64,000 nt of DNA from an uncultured Gammaproteobacteria bacterium (GTDB taxonomy: Bacteria; Patescibacteriota; Microgenomatia; UBA1406; GWC2-37-13). This document shows positions 36,289 to 46,282 of this stretch, one piece after another. Position numbers and translations under genes: made by a program. The notes under the pieces are model-generated. The model made no database searches, was not told where the DNA came from, and worked only from the letters and a program-made list of their open reading frames with translations. The first letter of the stretch is position 1, and each line of letters starts with the position of its first letter. Location of the stretch: NCBI GenBank assembly GCA_964356745.1, contig CAYHIW010000001.1:8966-72965 (forward strand). The letters are read 5' to 3'.

Positions 36289-37059
36289 ATGTCGATGTAT
36301 TATACAGCTAAAAAAACAAGAGGTGTTTTTGATCCAAATTCCAAAGAACCCCTTCGAATCAGTCGAAGTAAAATCGATCTTTACATGAACTGTCCTTTCT
36401 GTTTCTATCTTGAGGTGCGACTCGGTGTTGGACAACCGCCGGGCTACCCATTCAGTCTCAACTCAGCAGTCGATAAACTTCTCAAAAAAGAGTTTGACAT
36501 ACACCGTGTCAAAAAATCTACCCACCCTCTTATGAAAACCTATGGAATAGATGCCGTTCCTTTTGAACACGCAAAGATGGAAAGTTGGAGAGATGCAATG
36601 CGCGCAGGAATACAGTACTTACACCACCAAACCAATCTTTTGATAACCGGAGGTATTGATGATGTTTGGGTCAACCCAAAAGGAGAACTCTACATTGTCG
36701 ACTATAAGGCAACGTCAAAAACAAGTGAGGTGAGTTTGGATGCTGCGTGGCAGATCGGATACAAAAGACAGATGGAGGTATACCAATGGCTCTTCAGACA
36801 AAACGGATTTACCGTCTCTGATACCGGATACTTTGTGTACTGTAATGGGAAAACCGATCGTGCAGCGTTTGACGGTAAACTCGAATTTGATATCAAAATT
36901 CTTCCTTACAAAAGTGATATGTCATGGGTCGAGCCGGCAATTTTTAAAATCAAGGAGACTCTTACGTCAAACACCGCACCAGGACAGTCGTCAGACTGTG
37001 ATTTCTGTAAGTATCGTAATGCAGTAAATGACCTTAAGCTGCCACCTCAAACTTCTTAA
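36289..37059 (+). CDS. PD-(D/E)XK nuclease, Cas4/RecB-like with 4 Cys
   Basis: CPFCFY near the N-terminus, IDDV..IVDYK core, QMEVYQ, C-terminal CDFCKY. Confidence 0.75.
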   Translation: MSMYYTAKKTRGVFDPNSKEPLRISRSKIDLYMNCPFCFYLEVRLGVGQPPGYPFSLNSAVDKLLKKEFDIHRVKKSTHPLMKTYGIDAVPFEHAKMESWRDAMRAGIQYLHHQTNLLITGGIDDVWVNPKGELYIVDYKATSKTSEVSLDAAWQIGYKRQMEVYQWLFRQNGFTVSDTGYFVYCNGKTDRAAFDGKLEFDIKILPYKSDMSWVEPAIFKIKETLTSNTAPGQSSDCDFCKYRNAVNDLKLPPQTS

Positions 37060-38707
37060 AGAGAAGTGATGGTTTTATCGAAGTATCAACGTGGGATAAT
37101 AATTGCTCAATGACCTGTGCTTCCTCACCAAGTTCCGGCCAAAGATCTTGTTTGTCAACTCCGATCTGTTTAAATAGTTCTCGTGAGGCTTTCGGCATGA
37201 TTGGACTTATAAGAAAGCCCAGCGCAATAACAAATCCATAGAGTTGTCTTAAGGACGAATAAAATTCCTCAGAGTTCACACTCTTTTGCTCCCATACCTT
37301 CTCATCATTAATAAATTTATTCGCGTGAGCCGAAAGTTTAAGTACTTCTTCTAAATAAAGTTTGAACTGGCATTTCTCAAGATGAATTCGCGCATTTCGA
37401 AATGCTTCTTCAACAAGTTTTTTGTGAGCTTCTGTAAATGCTTGACTGGTAATTTTATTGTGATCAGCTCCTTGCGCAAGTGATAGTGATCTGTGAATAA
37501 AGTTACCTAAGTTAGCAACTAAAATTTCGTTATTTTTCTCGATAAAATCGTCGAAAGTGAAACTTGAATCAGAATTTTCTGGCATGATCAGTGTAAGATA
37601 AAATCTCAAAGGATCATTTCCATACTTCTCAACCACGTCAACGATAGGAATTGTTACTCCTCGACTTTTGGAAAATTGTTTTCCTTTGAGATTGAGAAAC
37701 ATGTTGATGCTCACCACGTCAGGAAGATGTAATTTCTCATCATAGGTCATGAGTTGACCAGGCCAAAAGATTGTGTGGAATACCAAATTATCTTTACCCA
37801 TGAAGTTATAGTGCTTGAGATTTTCTCCGTACCAAAACTCTTTCCAGTCTCTTCCCGACTTCTCTCCCCATTCTACAGATGCTGAGTAATATCCAATCAC
37901 TGCTTCAAACCAAACATACAATCGTTTATTTTCAATATTATCAATACGTTTGTCTTCGGGGATTCTGTCAATGGGGAGTGGCACTCCCCACTCGATATCA
38001 CGCGAAATCGCGCGGGGTTTAAGTCCGTTTTTGATCCACCCCATCGTCTCCTGATATACCCAGTTTTTCCACAATGATTGTTTGGGTGTAACGTAATCTT
38101 TGAGTTTTGTCTCAAGTTTTGGCCAGTCGATAAAATAATGCTGTGTGTCTTTGAGTTCTACTTTTTTGCCGGTTAGTTTACTGCGCGGATCAATAAGATC
38201 TCCTTGTTCAAGTAATTTTCCGCAGTTGTCACATTGATCACTTCGCGCATCTTCAAATCCGCAGAGTCGACACTTTCCTTCTACATATCGATCAGGAAGA
38301 AATTTCTTATCTTCGGATGAATAATATTGTTTCGTCGTATCGATAATAATCACATTTTTTTCTAAAAATTTTAAGAAAAAATCTTGAGTAATTTGAATGT
38401 GATTTTGAGTATCAGTCTTTGTGTAAATATCATAGGTCAACCCAAGTATCTCTATAAAAAGTTTTACGTCTTTTTCATGATACAGATCGACGATTTCTTT
38501 TGGCGTAACCTTTTTTTTATCTGCTTCAACGGTAATCGGTGTACCAAAACAGTCAGATCCAGAGGCCATTAAAACATCATGACCGGTTGCACGGAAAAAA
38601 CGGGCAGTGATGTCTGCCGGCAAAAGATATCCGGCCAAATGCCCCACATGAAGTTCTCCATTAACATACGGCCACGCAACACCAATAAATATTTTCTTTT
38701 TGTTCAT
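37034..38707 (-). CDS. metG: methionyl-tRNA synthetase
   Basis: PYVNGELHVGHL, KFSKSRG, Zn knuckles CRLCG/CDNCG. Confidence 0.92.
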   Translation of the reverse strand: MNKKKIFIGVAWPYVNGELHVGHLAGYLLPADITARFFRATGHDVLMASGSDCFGTPITVEADKKKVTPKEIVDLYHEKDVKLFIEILGLTYDIYTKTDTQNHIQITQDFFLKFLEKNVIIIDTTKQYYSSEDKKFLPDRYVEGKCRLCGFEDARSDQCDNCGKLLEQGDLIDPRSKLTGKKVELKDTQHYFIDWPKLETKLKDYVTPKQSLWKNWVYQETMGWIKNGLKPRAISRDIEWGVPLPIDRIPEDKRIDNIENKRLYVWFEAVIGYYSASVEWGEKSGRDWKEFWYGENLKHYNFMGKDNLVFHTIFWPGQLMTYDEKLHLPDVVSINMFLNLKGKQFSKSRGVTIPIVDVVEKYGNDPLRFYLTLIMPENSDSSFTFDDFIEKNNEILVANLGNFIHRSLSLAQGADHNKITSQAFTEAHKKLVEEAFRNARIHLEKCQFKLYLEEVLKLSAHANKFINDEKVWEQKSVNSEEFYSSLRQLYGFVIALGFLISPIMPKASRELFKQIGVDKQDLWPELGEEAQVIEQLLSHVDTSIKPSLLFKKFEVAA

Positions 38708-38708
38708 A

Positions 38709-40100
38709 TTACACCGACAGTCGTTTAAGAGATTCTGCCTTACCTAATAATTCTATAGACTCGTTTAAAGGAGGGGTAATTTTTTTACCCGAAATAACAA
38801 TGCGCAGAATCATAAAAAATTCGCTGTTTTTCATTTTTTCTTTTGCCGCAAGCTCCTGCATGGCATGACCTATTGCCTCAGCATTCCATTCTTTTAGTTT
38901 TTTTAACTCATCATGCATTTTGGAAATGATATTCTTGTGAGATTTAAGATCTATCTGATACTCTTCGGGAGACTTGTAGAAAAATTCACAGAGCGTTGCG
39001 TATTCGGTCAGTCGCTTCATTCTCTCTTTGACGAGAGGCACAGTCTTCTCAATCATTTCTTCTGCATATTTACCCTTATAAAACTCATAAATTTTAGTTG
39101 TTAGTTCTTCGTTGTTAGCTTTTCTAATATATTCTCCATTCATCCACTCAAGCTTCACAATATCAAAAACTGGTCCAACAACGTGCATGTCTTTGGGATC
39201 AAAGACACTGATAAATTCATCAATATCGAAAATCTCTTTTTGTTTGGGATGCGACCAACCCATAAGTGAAAGATAATTTATGACTGCCTCTGGTAAAAAA
39301 CCATGTTCTAAATACCAATGTGCCCATACGGGATTTTTGCGTTTTGAAAACTTAGACTTGTCGGCATTACGAAGAAGGGGTGTGTGAACGTAAATTGGTT
39401 TTTCCCAACCAAACGCTTCATACAATAAAATATGCTTCGGAGTTGAAGAGATCCATTCGTCACCTCTTATGACGTGGGATATTTTCATAAAATGATCGTC
39501 AACGACAACGGCAAGGTGATAGGTAGGAAATCCATCAGACTTCATAAGAACCTGGTCATCAACATTTTCTGATTTAATCTTTATTTCACCGCGAAGAAGA
39601 TCATTAAACGCAATTTCTTTTTTTTCTGGAACATTTAGTCGAATCACATATTGCTCACCTTGATCTACTCGCTTTTGTGCATCTTTTGTATGTTGTAAAC
39701 AATGTTTATCGTACCGCGGCATTTGTTTGTCTGCTTGTTGTTTTTTACGCAGTTTATCGAGTCTGTCTTTGGTACAAAAACAATAATAAGCACTTCCCTT
39801 CTCAAGAAGTTCTTTTGCATAAATATGGTATGTGTCCACTCGTTCTGATTGACGATACGGGCCCGAAGCACCACCGACATCTGGTCCCTCATCATAGATA
39901 AGACCAAACTGTTTCAATCCGTCTAATATTCTTCCTTCTGCTTTTTCGATAAGTCTACTTCTATCTGTGTCTTCTATTCTAATAATAAACTGGCCGTTAT
40001 GTTTTTTGGCAAACGCGTAGTTAAGAAGTCCTGTGTATAGATTACCGATGTGAAGATCTTCACCTGTTGGAGAGGGAGCAATTCGTGTTCTTACCGTCAT
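38709..40100 (-). CDS. gltX: glutamyl-tRNA synthetase
   Basis: RIAPSPTGEDLHIGN, KFSKRKN. ATG at 40100 preferred to TTG at 40133. Confidence 0.92.
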   Translation of the reverse strand: MTVRTRIAPSPTGEDLHIGNLYTGLLNYAFAKKHNGQFIIRIEDTDRSRLIEKAEGRILDGLKQFGLIYDEGPDVGGASGPYRQSERVDTYHIYAKELLEKGSAYYCFCTKDRLDKLRKKQQADKQMPRYDKHCLQHTKDAQKRVDQGEQYVIRLNVPEKKEIAFNDLLRGEIKIKSENVDDQVLMKSDGFPTYHLAVVVDDHFMKISHVIRGDEWISSTPKHILLYEAFGWEKPIYVHTPLLRNADKSKFSKRKNPVWAHWYLEHGFLPEAVINYLSLMGWSHPKQKEIFDIDEFISVFDPKDMHVVGPVFDIVKLEWMNGEYIRKANNEELTTKIYEFYKGKYAEEMIEKTVPLVKERMKRLTEYATLCEFFYKSPEEYQIDLKSHKNIISKMHDELKKLKEWNAEAIGHAMQELAAKEKMKNSEFFMILRIVISGKKITPPLNESIELLGKAESLKRLSV

Positions 40101-40170
40101 GAATGAATTATATAATAATAGAACAAATTCCAAATAACAAAAACCAAATTACAAACTAAGAAGATATCTC

Positions 40171-40836
40171 TTATTTACAGCAGCCACCTCCACAACATTC
40201 ACCTTTTTTTTCGTCATGATCATCGCAGTCACATTGGAGACATTCGAAGTTCTCTTCAACTTTCTTCCAATCAACATTATCAAAAAACACATCGATGTAT
40301 CCCCCACGATTCACGCCAAAGTCAATGAAGTATGCATGTTCGTAGGTATCAAGCGCGAGTACTGGAGTTGCACCCCAGATCGGAAATGTGTTTTGTGCAT
40401 CTCCAAGATAGTTAAAAAGTCTCTCTTCACGATGGTTCCATGCTGTCCAAACCCATCCTCGAGCAGCAATCCCTGTGGCTTTTACATCTTTCTTGTAGTT
40501 TTCAAATGAGCCAAAATCTTTTTTGATTTGATCGCTCAACGCTCCAGACGGAGCACCGCCGTTACCACCGAGATGGCCGAAATAAATTTCGTGATTTATG
40601 ACTCCACCCCATGCAAATGAAAGTTCGAGTTTGCGTTCGCGAATCTTAGAATAGACCTGATTTGCTTTTTCGTAGTCTTCGTCTGTGAGATCAAGAATTT
40701 TTTCCATGATCTCGTTATATTTATTTACATATCCTTGATAGAGCTTGATGTGTTCTTCAGTGGTTTTTTTAGAGATTCCCTTCATTGACATGAGAGAATC
40801 GCTAAATTTCTTTGGCTCTATTTTTGTAAAATTCAT
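40171..40836 (-). CDS. sodA: Fe/Mn superoxide dismutase with Cys-rich C-terminal tail
   Basis: HIKLYQGYV, NHEIYF, DTYEHAYFIDF. Tail CLQCDCDDHDEKKGECCGGGCCK. ATG at 40836 preferred to TTG at 40872. Confidence 0.8.
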   Translation of the reverse strand: MNFTKIEPKKFSDSLMSMKGISKKTTEEHIKLYQGYVNKYNEIMEKILDLTDEDYEKANQVYSKIRERKLELSFAWGGVINHEIYFGHLGGNGGAPSGALSDQIKKDFGSFENYKKDVKATGIAARGWVWTAWNHREERLFNYLGDAQNTFPIWGATPVLALDTYEHAYFIDFGVNRGGYIDVFFDNVDWKKVEENFECLQCDCDDHDEKKGECCGGGCCK

Positions 40837-40838
40837 TT

Positions 40839-40862
40839 GAAATTTGGATTTTGGATTTTGAT
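40839..40862. repeat. heptanucleotide tandem repeat (GAAATTT GGATTTT GGATTTT) between the cupredoxin stop and the sodA ATG
   Basis: Read directly. Confidence 0.85.
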
Positions 40863-41293
40863 TATTCAACAATAAGGGATCCTACCATTCCCATTTTTCT
40901 GTGTTGCCCAACACTACAGTAATATTCAAACGTTCCTTTTTTATCGGCAACAAACTCAACCGTCTCGGTTGCTCCTGCTGCAAGTTGCTTCGTCTTTGCA
41001 TTAAACTCATCAAGTACCCAGTCATGAAAACCAGACTTGGGGGTAAATACAATTTTTACTTTGTCTCCTTGCTTTACTTTCATTTCTGTGACTGAGAATT
41101 TGAAGTTGCTTCCATCAACCTTGAACGTCTTTACGTCTTCTTCCATTGCTGACGGAGAAACTTCTTTAGTTTCTTCAACAATTTTTTCTTGTTTAGTTAT
41201 TTCCACTGTTTCATTGACTGGCTTTTTTGAGACAAATAGATAGCCACCGACAAGAAGAAGTAAAACAACGACACTCAAAAGTATTTTTTTCAT
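40862..41293 (-). CDS. membrane-anchored cupredoxin (type-1 copper-like)
   Basis: HDW ... EYYCSVGQHRKMGMVGSLIV (Cys/His/Met ligands). N-terminal TM from ATG 41293. Confidence 0.75.
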   Translation of the reverse strand: MKKILLSVVVLLLLVGGYLFVSKKPVNETVEITKQEKIVEETKEVSPSAMEEDVKTFKVDGSNFKFSVTEMKVKQGDKVKIVFTPKSGFHDWVLDEFNAKTKQLAAGATETVEFVADKKGTFEYYCSVGQHRKMGMVGSLIVE

Positions 41294-41342
41294 ACCTAAA
41301 TTTAACCCCATTTCCCCAAAAAAGTCAACCCTTCGGCTAAGC

Positions 41343-42104
41343 TCAGGGCAAGTCAAGAAGGTCGGGACGTTTGGTGAGGGTTTGTTCAAACGATTGTTTC
41401 ACTCTCCACTTCTCAATCTCGGCATGATTTCCGGATAGAAGAATTTCTGGAACTTTTTTCCCCTCAAATTCTTCTGGCCGAGTGTAATGTGGATACTCCA
41501 AAAGCCTGACATTTTCAACACCTGCAGCTTGTAGCTTTTCTAGAACTTCATGTTTTCCAATGACCTCAGTTAAGTAATTAACTGAGTACTCTTGAAATGA
41601 TTCAATAACCGTCGCTTCATCTTTTTTTAAAACTCCCGGAATAAGTCTGACAACCGAGTCGACAACTGCCGCAGCGGTAACTTCGCCACCGGTCATGACA
41701 AAGTCGCCAAGCGAAACTTCTTCGTCAATCTCGTCCATGATGCGCTCGTCCACTCCCTCGTAATGCCCGGCAATAATAACGAGATTGTCGAGTTTGGAAA
41801 ACTCTTGCGCGTTTTCCTGATTAAACTGTTTTCCCTTTGCACTTGTCAGAATTACTCTTGTAGCTTGTAACATAGAACTTGTAACTTTTTCGATTGCTTT
41901 ATTGAGAACATCGACTTTGAGTATCATTCCTGCTCCTCCACCATAGGGTTTGTCATCAACGGTTTTGTACGAATCATCCGAGAAATCTCGAAGGTTCACG
42001 ACCTCAACTTCAACCAATTTCTTATCCTGTGCGCGCTTGATAATACTTTCGTCAAAAAAACCTTTGAGCATATCTGGGAAGAGCGTCACGATAGTGATTT
42101 TCAT
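41343..42104 (-). CDS. trmD: tRNA (guanine37-N1)-methyltransferase
   Basis: [33 protein letters not shown]. Confidence 0.92.
   Translation of the reverse strand: MKITIVTLFPDMLKGFFDESIIKRAQDKKLVEVEVVNLRDFSDDSYKTVDDKPYGGGAGMILKVDVLNKAIEKVTSSMLQATRVILTSAKGKQFNQENAQEFSKLDNLVIIAGHYEGVDERIMDEIDEEVSLGDFVMTGGEVTAAAVVDSVVRLIPGVLKKDEATVIESFQEYSVNYLTEVIGKHEVLEKLQAAGVENVRLLEYPHYTRPEEFEGKKVPEILLSGNHAEIEKWRVKQSFEQTLTKRPDLLDLP
41857..41884. repeat. heptanucleotide tandem repeat (CTTGTAG CTTGTAA CATAGAA CTTGTAA) inside trmD
   Basis: Read directly. The sense strand carries GTTACAA-type units encoding SMLQATR. Confidence 0.8.
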
Positions 42105-42120
42105 GATATTATTGTACTTG

Positions 42121-42321
42121 ATGAAACAACTAATATTAAAGCTTATTCGCCTCTATCAGACACTTCCACTTCCAAGTTCGTGTCGATTTGCACCAACCTG
42201 TTCTGAATACACCTATCAAGCAGTAGAAAAATACGGAGTTTCAAAAGGCGCCGTACTTGGAATCAAAAGAATTGTTCGCTGTCATCCTTGGAGTAAAGGC
42301 GGATTAGATCCTCTACGTTAG
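42121..42321 (+). CDS. yidD: membrane protein insertion efficiency factor YidD
   Basis: [19 protein letters not shown]...[12 protein letters not shown]. An alternative ATG at 42103 overlaps the trmD start. Confidence 0.8.
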   Translation: MKQLILKLIRLYQTLPLPSSCRFAPTCSEYTYQAVEKYGVSKGAVLGIKRIVRCHPWSKGGLDPLR

Positions 42322-42716
42322 AGTGCTCCTTTTATTTTTGCAGCAATTTCTTCAAATTCTTCTTTTGTAAATTTGAGTGGCTTATCCCATGAGGGAAGAA
42401 TAGAACTCTTTTCTATTGTCTGGTATCGCGGAGTTATGTGGATATGAGCATGAGGAATCTGACCATGTGTGAAAAACTGTAGCCATTCTGGATTAAACGC
42501 TTTTTGCACGGCTTTTAGAAGTTTCTGCGCAACCGTCCAGTACTCTGAGAATTTTTCCACTTCATATACCCATACGAAATGCTTTTTGGGAATAACCAAA
42601 ACATGTCCTTTCTCAACCGGAAATATATCGAGAATGCCTATGAAATCCTCGTCTTCATAAACTTTGTATGAAGGCAATTCTCCGGCAATTACTTTACAAA
42701 ACACACAATTTTCCAT
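42318..42716 (-). CDS. HIT family hydrolase
   Basis: [10 protein letters not shown] and [12 protein letters not shown] at 42716 (the track ORF extends spuriously to 42956). Confidence 0.85.
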   Translation of the reverse strand: MENCVFCKVIAGELPSYKVYEDEDFIGILDIFPVEKGHVLVIPKKHFVWVYEVEKFSEYWTVAQKLLKAVQKAFNPEWLQFFTHGQIPHAHIHITPRYQTIEKSSILPSWDKPLKFTKEEFEEIAAKIKGAL

Positions 42717-42738
42717 GGCAATAGTATAACATGATAGT

Positions 42739-43752
42739 ATGAAACGTATTCGCGTTGGTCTCAATGGTTTTGGTCGTATTGGTCGAGCATTCACAAGAAT
42801 CGCTTTGCTTCGAAATTCATTTGATATTGTCGCGATTAACACACGCAAAACACCAACTAACTCACTCGCGTATCTCTTGCAATACGACTCTGTATATCGT
42901 AAGTTTGGAAAACCCGTAAAAGCTGAGGGAGATATTCTGTCGGTAGGAGATGTCAAAATTCAAACAACATTAAGCCCTGATCCTGAGCAAATTCAGTGGG
43001 ATAAATACCAAGTTGATGTGGTACTCGACGCAACGGGAGCTTTCAAAACAAAACAGGATCTGGGAAAACACCTCAAAGGATCGGTCAAAAAAGTTATCGT
43101 TACTGTTGATTCATCAGACCAGGAAGTTCCTCATATTGTCATGGGAGTCAACGATGATAAGGTTGATTTCTCAACATGCAATATTGTTTCCAACTGTACC
43201 TGCACCACCAACTGCAGTGCGATCATGTTTAAAGTACTCGATGATAACTTCAAAGTCTTGGGTGGATTCTTATCAACCACTCACGCATACACACAAACTC
43301 AAAATCTTCTCGATGATTAGGGCAAAACACCCGATAGATCAAGAGCGGCGGCCCTTAATATTATCCCCACCACAACCGGTGCTGCACGTGCTATTGTCAA
43401 AACACTTCCTCATTTAGTAGGAAAGATTGACGGTATTGCACTTCGCGTACCTGTCCCGACAGTCTCAATTTCTGTTGTTTCAGCAATTGTCGAAAAAACA
43501 CCAACAGTAGACGAAGTAAACAATGCGTTTAAAAATGCTAGCGAGACAACGATGAAAAATATTTTAGGGTATGAAAAAGAAGTACTTGTATCATCAGATT
43601 ATATCGGCTCTCCCTATTCTTGTATTTTTGACGCCAACTATACAAAAATCGCGAATGGTCATCTCGTAAATATCTTTGGTTGGTACGATAACGAATGGGG
43701 ATACTCAACCCGACTTGTTGATCTAATAGAAAAAATCTCCGACTCCGTATGA
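42739..43752 (+). pseudogene. gap: glyceraldehyde-3-phosphate dehydrogenase interrupted by one in-frame TAG (43318-43320): pseudogene, sequencing error or read-through
   Basis: GFGRIGR, SNCTCTTNC, THAYTQTQNLLDD-TAG-GKTPDRSRAAALNIIPTTTGAARA ... WYDNEWGYS, all in one frame. The terminal TGA overlaps the pgk ATG. Confidence 0.6.
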
Positions 43753-44927
43753 TCAAGTACATTGATGAGGTTGAGATTAAAAACAAACGCGTTTTGCTTC
43801 GAGTGGACTTTAATGTTGCCCTTACCAATCATTCTCATATTGCCGATGACTTTCGCATTCGTCAATCAATCCCAACAATAGTGCGTCTTAGTAATAATGG
43901 AAATATCGTTATATTAATCGCTCATCTTGGAGATCCTAAAGGTAGCGATAGAAATTTTTCTTTTCAGAATGTCAAAGAACGACTACAAACATTAATCCCA
44001 GAAAAAACAATTCATTTCATCAAAGATTTTCGATCTATTGAGGGAAAAAAAACGCTTGAGTCTTTAATGGCCGGCGACATTGTACTTCTTGAGAATATTC
44101 GTTTTTATCCCGAAGAAAAAAATAACGACAAAGCATTCTCTCAGGAACTTTCATCACAAGCTGATTTATTTGTCAATGATGCGTTTGGAGTATCACATCG
44201 AAATCATGCTTCAATTGTTGGCATACCTCAGCTTTTGCCATCATGCGGCGGACTCCTTTTGAAAAAAGAGGTCGAGTCAATTTCCAAAGCAATTAACAAT
44301 CCTCAAAAACCATACGTTGCACTTATTGGAGGAGCAAAGATTTCAACAAAATTACATCTACTCGATCGTCTCCTCGGACTTGCAGATACGCTTATTGTCG
44401 GAGGGGGTATCGCAAACACGCTTCTTGCAGCTCAAGGGCATCATATCGGTCGAAGTCTTGAAGAACCTCAAGAACACGAGCACGGTAAAAAACTTATTGA
44501 GTTAGCCAAACAGAAAAATACCGAATTAATTCTTCCGTTAGACGTAGTTGTTGCAGAACAAAAGGATACGGATCAAGTGATGGTTAAGAATATAAACGAG
44601 GTTCAAGAACGGGAATTTATTCTTGATATTGGACCTCAAACAGATGCTCATTACGCACTGTATATTGCTACGGCAAAAACAATAATCTGGAGTGGTCCTT
44701 TTGGATACATTGAAAACCCTTTATGTCGTCGGGGAACTGATTTTATTTACTATTCTATTGCAGAAAATCAACAGGCAATATCAATTGTCGGTGGAGGCGA
44801 AACATTATCTGCCATTTCCAAGAAAGAACATTTGGAAAAAATCACCCATATCTCAACCGGTGGAAGCGCTATGCTTGAGTTCATCGAAAAAGGAAGTTTA
44901 CCTGGACTTGATGCTCTATCTCACTAA
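43749..44927 (+). CDS. pgk: phosphoglycerate kinase
   Basis: RVDFNV, NDAFGVSHR, GGAKISTK, STGGSAMLEF. Confidence 0.92.
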   Translation: MIKYIDEVEIKNKRVLLRVDFNVALTNHSHIADDFRIRQSIPTIVRLSNNGNIVILIAHLGDPKGSDRNFSFQNVKERLQTLIPEKTIHFIKDFRSIEGKKTLESLMAGDIVLLENIRFYPEEKNNDKAFSQELSSQADLFVNDAFGVSHRNHASIVGIPQLLPSCGGLLLKKEVESISKAINNPQKPYVALIGGAKISTKLHLLDRLLGLADTLIVGGGIANTLLAAQGHHIGRSLEEPQEHEHGKKLIELAKQKNTELILPLDVVVAEQKDTDQVMVKNINEVQEREFILDIGPQTDAHYALYIATAKTIIWSGPFGYIENPLCRRGTDFIYYSIAENQQAISIVGGGETLSAISKKEHLEKITHISTGGSAMLEFIEKGSLPGLDALSH

Positions 44928-45314
44928 CTCGACCACACGATCAACTGGCTTAGGAGATTGCACTATTTTTGGATTTTTGGTTTCATCAATTGAAGGAAGT
45001 CGACTCTTACCAACAACATTATTTCCATCCATCCAGTAAACATCAAGATTTAAATGAGTGTTGTAATTCCAAAATGTCCTTGGTTGTTTAGTTGGAAATA
45101 TAAATATCATCCCGTCTGCGTTCTCTAGTCTCTCGCGATTCATTAAGCCCACCCGCCACTCTTCGGAAGTTGTTGCGGTAAGAAGCTTGTACGCCTTACC
45201 CTCAATCTGCATTGTCATTTCTCGTGGTAACTCGACGTTTCGAAAGTAGAAAATATGTACGATAACTGCAATACACCCGCCTAAGAAAAGGATAAAAAAT
45301 ATTTTATTACTCAT
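44916..45314 (-). CDS. DUF192 (COG1430) protein
   Basis: GLMNRE..DGMIFIF..FWNYNTHLNLDVYWMD pattern. N-terminal TM. Confidence 0.75.
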   Translation of the reverse strand: MSNKIFFILFLGGCIAVIVHIFYFRNVELPREMTMQIEGKAYKLLTATTSEEWRVGLMNRERLENADGMIFIFPTKQPRTFWNYNTHLNLDVYWMDGNNVVGKSRLPSIDETKNPKIVQSPKPVDRVVELVR

Positions 45315-46129
45315 GCCTTCAGAACAATACTTGATAGTTCTCGAAATCTACGCGGCAACTCTTCCCTTATAAACTGATTTCGTACGCTATCTATCTTGGT
45401 CATTGCCTCAGCCCATAAAGCGCGTCCTGCCAAAAACCCACTAGCTCCGTGCTCCGTTGCAGTCTGTAATTGTTTTTTAAACTCTTCATACCCTATTCCT
45501 TTTGTTAAAAGAATCCATGGAGTTTTTTGTAATAATTGAGTAATTGCGTCACACGAATGAGTATCGCCAGGAAATTCTAATTTAAAAACATCCGGGACGA
45601 TTTTTGCCTCAAGAAATGCTGAAATCGAACGAGTGATCATTTCGGATTTTACGCCTTCCCCATATGTTACAAATTCAAGAAAGAACGGAAGATTATATTT
45701 TTTGCAGTGGGCAAAAACATATTCGCCCGTATCTATTTGACTCTTAAATGACTGATGTGTTGGATTAATCTGCAAAACTAATTTCACTCCACTTGCTCCA
45801 AGATTTTTAAGATACTCTACTTCGTATTCCAACTCTGTTGTTCTTCCGGTCGCGTCTTCCAAGTATCCTGATTTCTCAATACACAAGAGGAATAGCTTCT
45901 CGTGATGATCGCTATTTTGGTAAGCAGAAAATCCATATTGAGGATCGATAAGAAGACCCGTCATGTCGTTATAAACACTTTGAATGAGTTGTTGTTTTAG
46001 ACTAACGATTGTGCTGTCCGTATAATTTATTTTGTTTTTCTTAAGGGTTTCGACAAAACTACCTCTATGATCAAGTGCGAGCATGAGAAATTTCCCATCT
46101 TTCTGAAATGCCTGAAGATTCATGTACAT
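45311..46129 (-). CDS. class I aldolase, LacD/DeoC-like family
   Basis: FLMLALDHRGSF N-terminal motif and TIM-barrel length. Exact substrate unknown. Confidence 0.65.
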   Translation of the reverse strand: MYMNLQAFQKDGKFLMLALDHRGSFVETLKKNKINYTDSTIVSLKQQLIQSVYNDMTGLLIDPQYGFSAYQNSDHHEKLFLLCIEKSGYLEDATGRTTELEYEVEYLKNLGASGVKLVLQINPTHQSFKSQIDTGEYVFAHCKKYNLPFFLEFVTYGEGVKSEMITRSISAFLEAKIVPDVFKLEFPGDTHSCDAITQLLQKTPWILLTKGIGYEEFKKQLQTATEHGASGFLAGRALWAEAMTKIDSVRNQFIREELPRRFRELSSIVLKA

Positions 46130-46148
46130 TATTGTACAGGAGAATATG

Positions 46149-46222
46149 TCGGGGTGGTGGGACTCGAACCCACGACCTCACGGTCCCAAACCGTGCATTC
46201 TAGCCAACTGAACTACACCCCG
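46149..46222 (-). tRNA. tRNA-Pro (anticodon UGG), CCA not encoded
   Basis: Hand-folded. Acceptor CGGGGTG/CACCCCG, anticodon loop TTTGGGA, T-arm GTGGG-TTCGAGT-CCCAC. Confidence 0.9.
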
Positions 46223-46282
46223 TTATCGTGGCTATATTATACCTCATTTAACGACCTTGTTAGAATTTAATACAATAAGTAT

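Noticed and set aside
41950-42120. Long N-terminal extension of the yidD ORF (123 aa in the track).
   Set aside because: The extension is antisense to the trmD coding sequence and has no YidD similarity. Only the last roughly 66 aa, from ATG 42121 (or 42103), match YidD.
42717-42956. 80-aa N-terminal extension of the HIT ORF overlapping the gap start.
   Set aside because: HIT proteins start at the MENCVFCK motif (ATG 42716). The extension is antisense to the conserved gap N-terminus.
43013-43417. 134-aa ORF bridging the gap TAG in another frame (possible frameshifted continuation).
   Set aside because: Its translation has no GAPDH similarity. The conserved GAPDH sequence continues in the original frame directly after the TAG, so no frameshift is involved.
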